Position numbers and translations under genes: made by a program
NCBI GenBank assembly: GCA_964016885.1
Contig: OZ024742.1
Coordinates: 35,712,001 to 35,776,000 of the forward strand
DNA from: Eledone cirrhosa
Lineage: Eukaryota
Reading direction: 5' to 3'
DNA: 64,000 bases
Notes under the pieces: model-generated
Databases searched by the model: none
Told to the model about the DNA's origin: nothing
The model's input: only the letters and a program-made list of their open reading frames with translations
Shown here: positions 1 to 14,863 of the stretch, in pieces
Numbering within the stretch: position 1 is the first letter of the stretch
Layout of the letters: every line of letters starts with the position of its first letter

Positions 1-203
1 GACAAGTACATATGTTGTTTAGGTGATGATGGCTGTCACTGAAATATATATAGCAGTAATAAACGAAGCGAAATTTTAATCATTTGACTTTTATTTAACT
101 TTATTTTACACTACTCCGGAGTAACCAAACCAACCTGCGCACTTCGTCGAGTGCTCCAGCCTGCATACTGAGGTGTTGGTATACAACCAACATAAACTCA
201 AAA

Positions 204-249
<46 letters not shown>

Positions 250-254
<5 letters not shown>

Positions 255-395
255 ATACTTTGGTTGCCAATAAAAACACACACACCTGTTGGTTTTCACT
301 TCAATTTATTATAAATTTCCGGCTTGTTGGTTGGTTTGATAACCGGAAGGTTCTTTTTTATATATTGTCAAGGCTCTTTCGTCACACATTCTGTC
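250..395 (-). mobile_element. Diverged 3' tail of the PLE family seen at 36630-37525, including the 3' half of its HHR
   Basis: The reverse complement reads ...GTGTGACGAAA...TGACAATATAT...GAAGTGAAA...TTGGCAAC...AAAGTATAACAA(TA)n, similar to 37340-37525. Confidence 0.55.
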
Positions 396-1106
396 GCCGA
401 TTACACCAAAGCGTCAGTCAACATTTTAGCCCATCAAATAGCACTTGTATATGAGTTATTGGATGAGCTGACAGCATTTACCTTCTCGTAGATGAGTTCA
501 TGTCATTCAACAATCAGCGGCAGATAACTCCAACGTTATCTTCATCATGTACCACACTGAAATCCCACAATAGTAACAATACATAACTATAATGTATACT
601 AGAAAGATGTTTTTCTAATATAAAATAAACTTAAATATTCGGTTACAAGTACGACATATGACAGAAATTGAAAAAATAAAACAGGCAAATGTAAGTAGGT
701 ATATGTGTACGTGTGTATATGTGTGAAGGAGGCTGTGTATACACATATTTATAAACACACAGACACACATATATATATACATAAGTATTATATATATACA
801 TATATATATATATATGTATATATATAAATATAAATTTAGCGAGAATCGCATTTCGGCGGGTAGAAATTAGCGAAACGCAACTTCCATATTGTGCCGACAA
901 GCGCTCCATGGATATGAAGAAGAAATACCAGAGCTATAAACATAAGTTAAAAAGGTCATACACGCTGAGACGATGGTTAAGAAGCCATTAACCACCATAG
1001 CCAAAAAAGTGAACAAGCTAAACGGGTCAAACAAAATGTATATATATATATATATATGAGTGTGCGTATATATATATATACATATATATATCGTTTCATT
1101 TTTTCC

Positions 1107-1170
<64 letters not shown>

Positions 1171-1211
1171 TGTAGATACATACGCATATACATGCATATA
1201 CACATTTACAG

Positions 1212-1250
<39 letters not shown>

Positions 1251-1461
1251 CGTGCGTGTGTGTGCGTGTCTGTGTGTGTGCGTGTGTGTGGAGTGTCATC
1301 GTCTAAAAGTCATATTTCTGTCTGAAAGTATGTCAGTAAAGATTGGTGGAGTCTGGTATCGGTTACCATGGAGATGACCTCTGTATGTTGTTTATTATAC
1401 AAAATAAGAAGCGGTCGGTGGGAAGGGTGGTGTGTGGTCAAAGGCTGTGGAATAAGAAACT

Positions 1462-1813
1462 GTAGTAGTAGTGGTGGTGGTTGGTGGTGGTGGTTGTGGT
1501 GGTAGTGGTAGTGGTAGTGGTGGTGGTGGTAGTGGTAGTGGTGGTGGTGGTGGTGGTGGTGGTGGTGGTGGTTGTGGTGGTAGTGGTAGTGGTAGTGGTG
1601 GTGGTGGTAGTGGTAGTGGTGGTGGTGGTGGTGGTGGTGGTGGTGGTGGTGGTGGTGGTGGTTGTGGTGGTAGTGGTAGTGGTAGTGGTGGTGGTGGTGG
1701 TGGTGGTGGTGGTGGTGGTTGTGGTGGTGGTGGTGGTAGTGGCAGTGGTGGTGGTGGTTGTGGTGGTGGTAGTGGTAGTGCTGGTGGTGGTGGTGGTGGT
1801 GGTGGTTGTCGTG

Positions 1814-1860
<47 letters not shown>

Positions 1861-1907
1861 GGTGATGGTAGTGGTGGTGGTAGAGGTGATGGTGGTGGTT
1901 GTGGTGA

Positions 1908-1971
<64 letters not shown>

Positions 1972-1976
1972 GGTAA

Positions 1977-2007
<31 letters not shown>

Positions 2008-2027
2008 GGTAGTAGTAGTGGTAGTAT

Positions 2028-2075
<48 letters not shown>
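1462..2075. repeat. Compound (GGT)n/(AGT)n trinucleotide microsatellite
   Basis: Directly visible. It is the source of the poly-G/V/P/T ORFs. Confidence 0.95.
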
Positions 2076-2379
2076 CATCAACAGCAGCAGCGGCAGCATG
2101 TGCAGCAGGTGAAACAAAAGTGACAAACCACTGACATACACACTCACACCACACACACCACACACACCACACACACACACACACTGACAGAATGGCTGAC
2201 ACACACATAATATATACACAAACGCTCTGACACACATATACACAAACACACACACATACACGTGTATGCAGCTTCGAAGATGACTGTTCCAGTTAATCGA
2301 ACGATAGGAAAGTTTGGTGATATCAACGTACAGATGCTCCAGAGACACGTGCATGTTTGTTGTAGTTCTCAGGGAGATT

Positions 2380-2540
2380 CAGCGTTAAAAAGTATGTATA
2401 AGCCATTTTATCAATTATGTGGACTGGAGCAATGTAAAATAAAGTGTCTTATTTAATGACACAATACCGCCGCACGGGAATCGAACTTACGACCTCACAT
2501 TTGTGAGTCGAACTCCATAACCACTAAGGCAAGCGCCATT
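2380..2540 (-). mobile_element. tRNA-derived SINE fragment (family of 48706-48850)
   Basis: The minus strand reads GGCGCTTGCCTTAGTGGTTA...GTTCGATTCCCG...AGACACTTTATTT...GCTCCAGTCCAC. Confidence 0.65.
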
Positions 2541-2576
2541 ATACATATGTATACACATGCACACAGACACACACGC

Positions 2577-2623
<47 letters not shown>

Positions 2624-2789
2624 TACACACGCACATACACACGCACCTACACATACGCACACACATACAAAAGCACACAGACATGATCTAACATTCACAC
2701 ATGCATATATACATATACACACACACACACACACGCACACACATATATATATATATATATATAGTTTTAATATAGATGAGATTCTACAG

Positions 2790-2890
2790 GAGTATAACAG
2801 TTTTAATATAGATGAGATTCCTGATGATTTCTAATGAATGAAACAGTTCTAGTCCTGTAGAATCTCATCTATATTAAAACTGTTATACTC
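2790..2890 (+). ncRNA. Type I hammerhead ribozyme in a (TA)n-flanked PLE-like fragment
   Basis: GAGATTC-CTGATGA(2821)-tTTCtaatGAAt-GAAA-CAGttctagtcCTG-TA-GAATCTC. Stem I extends as a perfect 31-bp inverted repeat (2790-2820/2860-2890). Confidence 0.85.
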
Positions 2891-3207
2891 TGCTATGTAT
2901 TGAGTACCTTACTTACTGTGGTTACCTCCGATTCAATCCGGAATAACGTACTTATATATGTATATATATATATATACAGTGTCTCTGTGTGTGTGCGTGT
3001 GTATGTGTGTGTTTCTCTGTGTGTATGTGTGTGTGTGTGTATATGTGTGTATGTGTGTGTATCAGTGTGTATGTGCGTGTGTATGTGCATGTGTGTGTGT
3101 GTGTGTTTATATACCCAGTGGAGTAAAGAGAAAGAAACAGAGAGATGGTAAAGGAGAAAAAGAGAAAGCTTGATATAGCTAAACATTCATATCTTATATT
3201 GCCACAC

Positions 3208-3243
<36 letters not shown>

Positions 3244-3277
3244 GCATATACTATATATATATATATATATATACAAA

Positions 3278-3309
<32 letters not shown>

Positions 3310-3315
3310 CGCATA

Positions 3316-3352
<37 letters not shown>

Positions 3353-3354
3353 AA

Positions 3355-3390
<36 letters not shown>

Positions 3391-3396
3391 CGCATA

Positions 3397-3451
<55 letters not shown>

Positions 3452-3489
3452 AATATATGTGTATATATATATATATATATATAAATATA

Positions 3490-3573
<84 letters not shown>

Positions 3574-3775
3574 GACAGAGAGAGAGGGGGAGAGAGAGGA
3601 GGATGGTAGAAGGAGTAATTACCTTTATACGCATGTGTGCTTGTGAGCGAGTTTAGCATGTGTATGACTTCTGTGTATCATGAGTTTTTTTTTACTTGTT
3701 AATAAGCAGTAATTACAAATATATACATAGACACTTAAACACACGATCACACACACACACACATACACATATATA

Positions 3776-3807
<32 letters not shown>

Positions 3808-3840
3808 GATTTGAATGGATACAGTTTAGTTGAAAGGAAT

Positions 3841-3961
3841 TTATTGACACGTGTTTCTAAAACAGTTACATAACCTGAAAACAGCTACTATCTACAAAGT
3901 TTTAGTTATGCAGACATTCAATATTTCAATGTTATTATTTACTGTCATTTCATCAGAATAA
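3841..3961 (-). ncRNA. Type I HHR with a 92-nt stem II insertion
   Basis: Minus strand: TTATT-CTGATGA-[92 nt, aatgACAG...CTGTttta]-GAAA-CACGTG-TC-AATAA. Confidence 0.7.
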
Positions 3962-4529
3962 TATTACTGAGGACCTATTTGGTTTTTATAGAGAATATTA
4001 GGAGGGAGGGGTGAAGTTGTTAGAAGAATAGTTGAGGGAGTGGTTTTTTGATAGCAGTGAGAATTTTTGGTGGCAGTGAGTAATTAGATTCCCATCTGTT
4101 GTTTTGACATTTTTATAGAATATATTATTGGTTATTTTTCTAAATCTATAGAAGGATTAGAGATAGTAAAGATATGCGTGGTTGGTTTTGTGCCTGCACT
4201 TAATTAACATTCAGACTTAAATTTTTCTTTCAAGTGTACGTATCCTTTCACCCACGCATTCACACACAAATATATTTGCACACCTCTACAAAATACATAT
4301 ACTCACATTCACATAGTAACATGTTCATACTTACATACATATACACATGCATACATATATATATACACACATGTATTCATGTACATACATACATACGCGT
4401 TCATGTGTATACATTTTCATACTCAACTTATCTTTATATACACACGTATAGACACACACATATATACATACATACTCTAGTCTATGTGTACATATATACA
4501 TATACATACACATCTATATATATATATAC

Positions 4530-4610
<81 letters not shown>

Positions 4611-4878
4611 CACTTTAATACATGAATACACTTACATCTAACTATACACATCAAACATATATATATATTTACTTATTTATATACATTTTCACATATATAT
4701 ACATACTTATGGTCGCTTTTAGACACATTCATTATCGCATTTTTGCACCTATTCTCATCAGCATATCTTTCCATTATTAGTGTGGTAATTTAAGGTTATT
4801 AATATATGTTGAGAAGAGATTGTTTTTATATTTTTCTAACTAGATTGAGGTTTATATAGTTGGGGGGATGTCCCTCTT

Positions 4879-5504
4879 TTATGTAATATTCGGCTTGTAG
4901 TGGGAAAAAAGGGTTTTAGTTCTGTGACGGCAGAATAATGTTCGTTCAATTCTGTTATTCAGCAATTTCTTCTTGTGTGTGATTATGTAATAAATCTCAA
5001 GATTACACAATTTGCAGAAATTTTGGCTCCTGGAAAAGCTTTGGGTTTTAGCTAATTTCTCCCATTTTAGGGTAAACTTTTGATCGCTATCCCTGAGCGT
5101 CCAAGCTTTTTCTGCTAAAGTTGTTACATTTCTTTGGCTCTGGTGTTTTATTGAGTAAGAATGCCTATATAATCGAGATTTAAACGATGTTGCCGTTGAT
5201 CCCACGTAATACCACTCGTTGCCTCCGGATTTAATGGTACACTTATAAATAATATTTTTTTCCAGGCAGTTATTGCCGAGGGGGCAGTTGTCAGGATAGG
5301 TGCAGTTACAGTTGTGTACGTTGGGTTTTCTCTGGAGTAGTATTGCGGACGAACTTAGGTGTGGTTTATTTATGTTCTGTAGTGTATTGTCTACTGTTTT
5401 TTTTGTGTTCTTTGTACTTAAGTTCTTAGTGTTTTCGTTTAACCTTCTAGTATTGATTTTTTTGTGTGTTGTTCAAGGTTTAACGCTGTAGAGTATGACA
5501 GTCT

Positions 5505-5505
<1 letters not shown>
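4879..5505 (-). pseudogene. PLE linker plus C-terminal GIY-YIG endonuclease (5'-truncated ORF)
   Basis: The open frame reads RLSYS...CNCTYPDNCPLGNNCLEKNIIYKC...YYVGST..FKSRLYRH...LKW...CKLCNLE...LLNNRIE...CRH. It carries a CxCx5Cx5C motif and a degenerate GIY-YIG. Confidence 0.85.
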
Positions 5506-5542
<37 letters not shown>

Positions 5543-5595
5543 AAGAGGGGGTGATAGAGGGAGAGAGAGAGGGGGAGCGAGAGAGAGGAAGAATA

Positions 5596-6650
5596 CCGGG
5601 GGACTAAAAAAATGGTCTTTCATTTATTTTTGTCTAATGCAACCATTAAAAACAACATATCAAAAATGTATTATCTGATGTTTCTGTCCAGAGCACATGG
5701 TCCAAGTATGCCCATTAGAATCAATGCACTTTTTTAGGCTTTGCTGAAGTTTAACATAACGTCTTTACAACAGACCTAAGGATGATTCTGATTTCATCCG
5801 TAATGTGTTCCTTAAGTTCAGTGATGGTACTAGATTTGTTGGGATATACCCTATTCTTCAGATAGCCCAAAAGAAACAAATCTGGAGGGCTGGAGGGCTT
5901 ATATCATTTCTGTGTGGGACCCATTCAAATCAGGCTACAAATTAATCATACGATTTCTAAAGTTATTTTTCTGCCATTCTTGTGATTCATTGGAAGTGTG
6001 AGGGTTTCCTCTGTCTTACCAGAACCAGAACTTATTCATTACAAATGGGTACATTGTCTGAGGATCCTTTTTGAAATCTTCCAGGACCTCCACATAGCGT
6101 TCCTTTGTGATTGTAGCAGTGATATTATTTTCTACGTAGAAAAACGGGTTAATCAACCCTCACTCAGGAATGGCAGCCCAGACAGTATCTTTAGTCAAAT
6201 GGAGAAGTTTTACAGCCATTTCATTGGGTTTCTCTGACTCCCAGAACACATTGTTCCTCGAGTTGATTTTCCCTCTTAAGTGAAAATGGGCATCATCAGT
6301 AGTCCACGGCAGATTCAGAAAATTTAGGTTGTTTTCCATTTTCTTCAGCATTTTCTCAGCTATAGCCTTTCTCTTAGTATTATTAGCTACAATAAGTCTA
6401 TACTCTGTGGGGGTGCTTCTTAGGATCCTCTTTGACAAACCTTTTGCAAGTTTCTGTGGAAAGAGCCAAGAATTGGTTTCTGTGCAGTGATCATTTTGGG
6501 CTCTGTTCAACAGACTCTTGGACCATGTCAATAACTTTATGTGTGACTGGTTTAATATTTTTGTTTGTTTGACAATAATGTAACGAATAAATGGGGATCC
6601 TGAATAGTGCCTTATTCTACTACAACATTTTCTCCATTATGGACTCTTTT
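5596..6650 (-). mobile_element. Degenerate Tc1/mariner transposon (transposase catalytic-domain fragment)
   Basis: WTTDDAHFHLRGKINSRNNVFWESEKP...TVWAAI and PPDLFLLGYLKNRVYPNK resemble the mariner WFSDEAHF and SPDL..FLWGYLK..VY motifs. The frame is broken by stops and frameshifts. Confidence 0.8.
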
Positions 6651-6959
6651 TATTTAAAGGAATTTTCCCTGGGATTCCCCGCTACAATTACTTCCGTCCC
6701 AGTTTGTTATCCGTCCATGGGTTCATAATCCTCGATTGAATCGTGGGGTTACGGCAGTGATATACGGTGGGTCTTGGGCATTAAAACCTAGTGAAGCCCT
6801 TCTATATAAAAGCCTGAACACAGCTAAATTACTTCCAGAGAGTGAGAGAGGAGGAGGAGGAGGAAGAGAGATGGAAGGGGAGCTGTTTTTAAAGTGTTAT
6901 AGAATGATAACAATCAACGGAGTTTCGAGTATAGAAAGATAACAACAGTGACACAAATA

Positions 6960-6970
6960 ACAATGATCGC

Positions 6971-7046
<76 letters not shown>

Positions 7047-7445
7047 GCAACAACAGCAGCAACAACAGCAACAACAACAGCAACTGCCCTGAAGGTATAA
7101 ACAAGGCAGAGTCCTTCGTGCATGAAGTGACCGAAGTCGGCCTCAACACAGCGAGGGTTGTACCTAAGAGGAATATCAGCAACAACAACCACAGAAACAA
7201 CAACAACCACAGCAACAACAATAACAACAGTAGCAACAGCAATAGCAGCAGCAACAACAGCAGCAAAACAGCAACAACAAGAACAGCAAGAACAAGAACA
7301 GCAGCAGCAATAACAGCAACAACAGCAACAACAGCAACAACAACAGCAGCAGCAATAAGAGCAACACCAGCAAAAAAACAACAAGAACAACAGCAGCAGC
7401 AGCAATAACAGCAACAACAACGAAAACAACAACAGCGACAGAAAA
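6960..7445. repeat. (CAA)n/(CAG)n low-complexity tract
   Basis: Directly visible. Confidence 0.9.
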
Positions 7446-8173
7446 CAATGTAAAATTAATAGCACCAACAAAACATCAAAAACTTTTTCCAGACAATGTC
7501 ACAATAAAAATAAATGCATCGATTAACATAACAAAATAAAGGAGTTAAAGCCAAAGACTTAATAAAATTGAAAGTTGGGAAGGCGGCAGTGATGGTGCCA
7601 CCTGAAATAGTGGAAGAAAGGGCAAAAGAAAAACATCCTCTACAGAACTGTGTCACTACGGGGCAGGTGAGCCCAACCTGTTACAGCTGTTCTAGTGGAG
7701 AAAGCTCTAAAAGAGGTAATGCCAGAAGTGGCACATATTCAACGAGGAAGTAGTAGAGGTCCTCTTCAAAAGTAAGAACTTCACACGAAAACACTTTGTG
7801 GTCGCCCAATTGAGTGAGGAATTCGTCCTCTATTCAACGTATCTTTCAAGGAGAACTGTCAGGCTGAGAATAACGGTTGTTGAAAATAAGAATCAAGTGG
7901 TCACCACTGATGCCAACGCCATCGTCGCAACAGCAGCAACAACAGCGACAACTTGCCAGACCTGCAGCAGTATCAACAACAACAGCAGCAACACCAAAAA
8001 CAACAACAGTTGTACACCAGCAGTTGTAAAGTCAATACAACCGGTAGCTGCAGCAACAGAACCAAGAACAGCAACATCAATACCCCAAACCCCACCACCA
8101 CAACACAACAGACATAAACAGTAACATCCCAAACACAACCAATCCCTCACACACACACACACAACCAATCCCT

Positions 8174-8204
<31 letters not shown>

Positions 8205-8729
8205 TCATACACACACACACACACGCATATATATATATATACACTCATCTACACACATTCACACATAAATACACACTCACACAAACAGACACACACGCGC
8301 GCGCGCACAGATATATATTTGCACACATACACACATACATATACATACATATATACACACACATATATATACACACATACATATATAGTAGAGACTTATG
8401 CTTGAATGTCATTTAAGTTATTGATTATTAATTGTAGGACTGATTAATTCATTGATTTTGTATTTTGGTGCTACATTTATCTCCATAGAAACAATTGTAG
8501 AAATTAAGACGGAATTTGAATAACAACCTTGTTTTTCCTTTACTATTGATTATTTATGGTCTGTGGCTTTCACTGTCTTCATCTACCAGTATCGTAACTT
8601 TTGTCTTCGATTCCTGCATATGTCGACTTTAATAAGGCTTCGCGCTTGACTCACGTTATCCTTAACGTAATCTTCATTCTTTAACTATATTTATAACTAT
8701 TTTCTTCATATTCAATATATCTCTATTTA

Positions 8730-9066
<337 letters not shown>

Positions 9067-9120
9067 ATATATATATATATAATATCTCTACTTAATATTC
9101 TCTCTCTCTCTCTCTATATA

Positions 9121-9166
<46 letters not shown>

Positions 9167-9184
9167 ATCTCATTCTCACTCTCT

Positions 9185-9250
<66 letters not shown>

Positions 9251-9482
9251 CTTTTACTGTGTCGCATTTGAAAAAAGAAAAACATTTTCTCATTCGTGAT
9301 GTGTTGTTTGCTGTCATATCTTTGCTATTGTTCATATTCTATTAAATGCTAGAAGGAACAACACACGAAGACAATACACAACACAACACACAACACACTA
9401 ACACACTTACACAACAGTCAACACACTAACACAACAACCAACACACGACAAGGAAGGAATTATAAATAAATAAATAGATAGA

Positions 9483-9525
<43 letters not shown>

Positions 9526-10554
9526 ATAGATAAATAAATATACGACAATATATTCACGTACAACAGAATACGTTAAAAAAATATCACATAAAAGATATTA
9601 CATTTAACAATAGACTGTTTAAGGAGCGTGTAAGAAGATTGTAATTTTAAGAGAAACATTTCGTTGTTTTCAAATGTTACTACCACGTATATCAACTATA
9701 TTTTAGCTGAATAAAATAAAGGATATAACTCATTGAGACGAAAAAATGGTGAATAGAATAACCTGCGGGAGTTAAACCCCGCCCTCTGCTGTATTGTCGT
9801 GGAACCAACACACCAAGGAGAAGCCTCCCCATTCTTTATGTTAATTTAAAGCTCATACTTTTCAGCTAGAATGTTAGGATTTAAATATTGGAAGTCTTAA
9901 TGTGCGTGTGGTAAAATGGAAATTTTTACTGCAAAGGATCTTACAACGCATATTAACTATAATAAAGTTAAACCGGAAACTGACATAACCGACCGAAATA
10001 TTAAAATGAAGGCGTAAAAATGTAGTTGTGTTGTATGATATCGTTAATTATTTCAACGATGCGTAATGAACCGTTTCACAGTGCTACTTACTGTTTTATT
10101 GTTAAACGGTTCAACATTGCTACTTCTTTACTACAAAGCTGCTAAGCATGACTCCTGAAAAAAATCAATGTAAGAACTACACAGGAATTATTACTGACAG
10201 GATGTGTTTGAATACTTTATTAAACACACCTGTTACTAACAGCATCTAGTTATTAATTACCATCGTGCCGTGTCTTGTGGAGTTGCGAACGTAATCTAGA
10301 AATCGGTTAGGGGAACATCCGTTTCATTTAAACAGAATTTATCTGAGTCAGCGATCAAAGAGTTAACACTTCTTTTGAAATATTTGGAACAATGTCTACC
10401 ATTACTGTCAGAAAGTATAGCATAAACAGTAACAGCAAATATAAGACGGAGATAAACAGTAGAAGGTAGAAACAGAGGCTAAATTTATATATAATTTATA
10501 TAATTTATATATATACAATATAATCAAATATAAATGTAAATGCAGATTCAGTTT

Positions 10555-11000
10555 TCTTCTACTTCTTTTTTGCCACTTATCCCTGGGAAGGTCGTGGGAG
10601 CAAAGTCTTCAGACATTCCTTCCAGAGATTTCTATAAAAGCAACTGTCTAAAGTTCTTCCGGCTGGATTTCCAAGAATGACCAATCAAGCTCATGGATGT
10701 TAGCCAACCATTTTGCCCGTAGTCTCGGTTGGCTTTCCGTGTTCAGTGATTCTTTCCACATGTCCGTGGTACCGGGGCTATGATCTCTTAATTCGGAGAA
10801 GTAGTGGATTAACCTGGAATGACTCTTTGATCTCCGAGCTACACACCCTATCGAGGAACATTACTCCAAAGACCCTGCGGTGGAACCCCATTTCGGCCAT
10901 TTGTATTCAGGATCGTATTATTGCGGTCATTACCCAAGGTTCGAGACCATAAGTATGGGTAGGCAAGAACACCAGATAGCCAAAAATGCCGAACAAAATG
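10555..11000 (-). mobile_element. RTE-clade LINE ORF2 3' fragment (decayed)
   Basis: The minus strand translates RIQMAEMGFHRRVFGVMFLDRVCSSEIKESFQVNPLLLRIKRS*PRYHGHVERI, a typical RTE C-terminus. Confidence 0.75.
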
Positions 11001-11320
11001 CCTCCGAGCGTTCTGATTTCAAATCCCACCTTTCACCTTTCCGATAGATGGGTTCGATACGATAAAGTACCACCAGTCTAGAGCAATGGATGGATATGAT
11101 GCCTCACCGTATTTGTTCCGGCCCATTGCAGGCTGAGTTCAAATGTCACCTGTTGCTTTTCTTTCCCACCGCAACACAAACAATACCAACTCCTATACCT
11201 CTAACAACATTCCCTGTACTACAACACAACTCTTCAACTATGTCATCCAATTTCACTTTCTTCCTTTTATTCATCAAGTCATGTCCATTGAGTATTCTGT
11301 TTGGTTTCCATATCATACGG

Positions 11321-11409
<89 letters not shown>

Positions 11410-11855
11410 TATCTAAAGTCTGTCTCAGGCCAGAAGGCTCGTCAGGCCGTTGCTTGTTCCTGTTTCATGGCGTAAAGCGACTGAGAGTACAAGACTCCCT
11501 CACCCCTGGACAGGACGCCAGTCCATCACAGGGTTAAACCCCTAGCTTATGCTGGTATTCACTTTCATCTAGGTATACTGGAGCAACGAGAAATGAAGTG
11601 TTTTGCTCAAGTACACAACACCCTGAAATCGAACCCACGACAACAGTATATATAAATAAATAAATAAATGCCATTGTTAATTAATAAAAAAAAACCAAAA
11701 AAACTAATACCTTAACACGTCACACAAAGTAAAATATTTTGTTTTAAACATTTTCTAACCCAGAAAAAAGAGAAAAAAATGAAAGGAAAAAAATATATTT
11801 TTCTTCCTAATAATCGTCTTTTTCTCCCTGTTTTCATATATATATATATATATCT

Positions 11856-11904
<49 letters not shown>

Positions 11905-12097
11905 TATAGAGATAGATAAATCTACCAAAATGTACGGCAGTGTCCAATCCGTATGAAGAACTCAATGTAATCCGAATATCATGAAAAGAGAAGATGTATT
12001 CAAAAAAATTTTTCGGTGAAAATTAACGGAAAACAGAGTCAAGATAAATTAATAAAATAATGAATAAACAAAGAAACAGTTCCTTATATTAAAAAAT

Positions 12098-12235
12098 TCA
12101 TCATTTTACGATCGTTTCTAGGATATATATGTTAGTGTTGGTATGCATATCCTATAGATCTATGTAAAAATTTTACAAACTATCAGAGGGAATATACATT
12201 CCTACACATATATATGCTGTCTTCAGAAATAATGA
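12098..12235 (-). ncRNA. Type I HHR with a 101-nt stem II insertion (mirror of 15308-15455)
   Basis: Minus strand: TCATTATTT-CTGAAGA-[101 nt]-GAAA-CGATCG-TA-AAATGATGA. Confidence 0.72.
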
Positions 12236-12923
12236 TATTTGTTTATTGAAAAAACCAACAAAGATTTAATACAATAGGTCTGTTTGGGAACAGGTTTTGA
12301 ATTGACCAATAGAAGGATAGTGAAGGTCAAGATAGTAATATAGTAGTAAAAGAACCTTAATTTATGGGTAGAGGAAGGTAGATTTCAGTTTTGGATGGAA
12401 AGAATATTATGAATGAAAGATTATTTTAGGGATGAGAATAGGTCATATGCTGACCTCAGAAATAATTATATTTGTTCATTGAATAAAACCAACAAAGATT
12501 TAATATAGTAGGTTTGTTTGGGAACAGGTTTTGAATTAACCAATAGAAAGGTAATAATTGGCCAAATGGTAAAATAGTAGTAATTGAAATTTATTTTGGG
12601 GTAGAAGAAGGCAGATTTCAGTTTTGAATGGAAGGAGTATGAAGAATGAAAAGTTTATTTTAGGGGTGAAAATAGGTCAGGTCAGTAAAAGGTAACACGA
12701 AAAGTTGCTGTTATAAAAGAATAATGTAAATATCTAAGGAGACTAAAATTTTACGATAAAAGTGTTAGTGAAAAAAATATATATGGAATTTACATCTATG
12801 AAAAGAAAATAAATTAATTTAATTGATGGGTATATTTATATTGATAAAATTATATTAATGCTTATAGATATGATAAATAAGAGTGCTGTTAAAGACGAGG
12901 GGGAATTTAAAAAAATATAAAAA

Positions 12924-12982
<59 letters not shown>

Positions 12983-13216
12983 TTGGGGGGGGGGGGTAAA
13001 TTTATTAGTGAGAAATAATAAATATATAGAGATTTCAAGGAACATAGAATCATAACCTGAAATTAAAACATTATATATGTTTACTTAATGGTATCAAAAT
13101 TAGGAAAAGATAGTTGTAAGAAGGAAAGTAAATTTATGAAGTTCATCAGTAGTAGAATATTAATTATTGGTTACCTAAATTAAAAATAGTTTTTATATTA
13201 ATTTCTAAAATGTATA

Positions 13217-13724
13217 TTAATTAGGTTTATAATATTTAAAGGTTTTTCTCAGTTTATGATTACACGATATTATTAATTCCTGTCGCTTATTTAATAGGAT
13301 ATCCTTAGATTTCATTATTTCAAAAAGTTCTTGGGAACATAATTTACATTCATATCTATTATTTTGATAAGGGGTGGCCCTTTTGAGCACACTCCAGGTC
13401 AGGTCATAATCTATATTCCTCTTTCTATAATTATTAATTATTTCAGCTAGAGATGTTGTATTAGCTAATGCGGCATTTTTAAAACTGTGTTTGTGGGTAT
13501 TAAATCTTACCTTAAATTGGTTAGAGGTAGCTCCTATATATGAATAAATTGAGTCCTTAGTGTTAACTTTACATTTATATACTATGTTATTAACAAGGCA
13601 ATTTCCTTTTAATGGGCAGTTTGCTTTGTTTCTACAGTTACAACTTTTCTTGAATCCTGTATCAGAGGAGATATTATGGTTAGTTTGATGTACTCGTGGT
13701 ATGCTCATGGTTTTTTTACATTTT
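13217..13724 (-). pseudogene. PLE GIY-YIG endonuclease C-terminus (left arm)
   Basis: CNCRNKANCPLKGNC...IVYKC...YIGAT..FKVRFNTH...LTW...CKLC..E...LLNKRQE...CNH. Confidence 0.88.
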
Positions 13725-13729
13725 TTACA

Positions 13730-14344
13730 TTTTTTACAACCACAAATACCATCAAATTTTAAATAGATCAACGGTTAAATTCTCCTACTCAACAACCAAA
13801 AACATAAAACAAAATATAAGTGACTACAATGCATATAAATGTAAAAAAAACCATGAGTATACCACGAGTACATCAAACTAACCATAATATCTCCTCTGAT
13901 ACAGGATTCAAGAAAAGTTGTAACTGTAGAAACAAAGCAAACTGCCCATTAAAAGGAAATTGCCTTGTTAATAACATAGTATATAAATGTAAAGTTAACA
14001 CTAAGGACTCAATTTATCCATATATAGGAGCTACCTCTAACCAATTTAAGGTAAGATTTAATACCCACAAACATAGTTTTAAAAATGCCGCATTAGCTAA
14101 TACAACATCTCTAGCTGAAATAATTAATAATTATAGAAAGAGGAATATAGATTATGACCTGACCTGGAGTGTGCTCAAAAGGGCCACCCCTTATCAAAAT
14201 AATAGATATGAATGTAGATTATGTTCCCAAGAACTTTTTGAAATAATGAAATCTAAGGATATCCTATTAAATAAGCGACAGGAATTAATAATATCGTGTA
14301 ATCATAAACTGAGAAAAACCTTTAAATATTATAAACCTAATTAA
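13730..14344 (+). pseudogene. PLE linker plus GIY-YIG endonuclease (right arm; +1 frameshift in the A-run at 13843-13850)
   Basis: ILNRSTVKFSYSTTKNIKQNISDYN joins KKTMSIPR...CNCRNKANCPLKGNC if the A8 run is read as A7, which is its length in the left arm. Confidence 0.88.
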
Positions 14345-14863
14345 TATACATTTTAGAAATTAATATAAAAACTATTTTTAATTTAGGTAACCAATAATTA
14401 ATATTCTACTACTGATGAACTTCATAATTTTACTTTCCTTCTTACAACTATCTTTTCCTAAAATTGATACCATTAAGTAAACATATATAATGTTTTAATT
14501 TCAGGTTATGATTCTATGTTCCTTGAAATCTCTATATATTTATTATTTCTCACTAATAAATTTACCCCCCCCCCCAATAATTATATATATATATATATTC
14601 TTTTTATATTTTTTTTAATTCCCCCTCGTCTTTAACAGCACTCTTCAATTACATCTAACTCTTATTTATCATATCTATAAGCATTAATATAATTTTATCA
14701 ATATAAATATACCCATCAATTAAATTAATTTATTTTCTTTTCATAGATGTAAATTCCATATATATTTTTTTCACTAACACTTTTATCGTAAAATTTTAGT
14801 CTCCTTAGATATTTACATTATTCTTTTATAACAGCAACTTTTCGTGTTACCTTTTACTGACCT

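Larger units (their letters stand above)
3805..5505 (-). mobile_element. 5'-truncated Penelope-like element: GIY-YIG C-terminus, 3' UTR and HHR, with (TA)n at both ends
   Basis: GIY-YIG frame at 4879-5505, HHR at 3841-3961, and TA runs at ~3777-3802 and ~5506-5525. Confidence 0.8.

Noticed and set aside
3858-3949. Spliceosomal intron inside HHR stem II (minus strand GTAAAT...TTTTCAG; removal would leave the hairpin ACAGTTA/TAACTGT)
   Set aside because: The unspliced insert already pairs (CATAAC/GTTATG), and the other long-stem-II HHRs show no matching splice signals. Only RNA-seq could revive this idea.
7530-7890. Possible LINE ORF1 remnant (VEVLFKSK...STYLSRRTVRLRI)
   Set aside because: The resemblance is vague, the frame is broken and there is no diagnostic motif.
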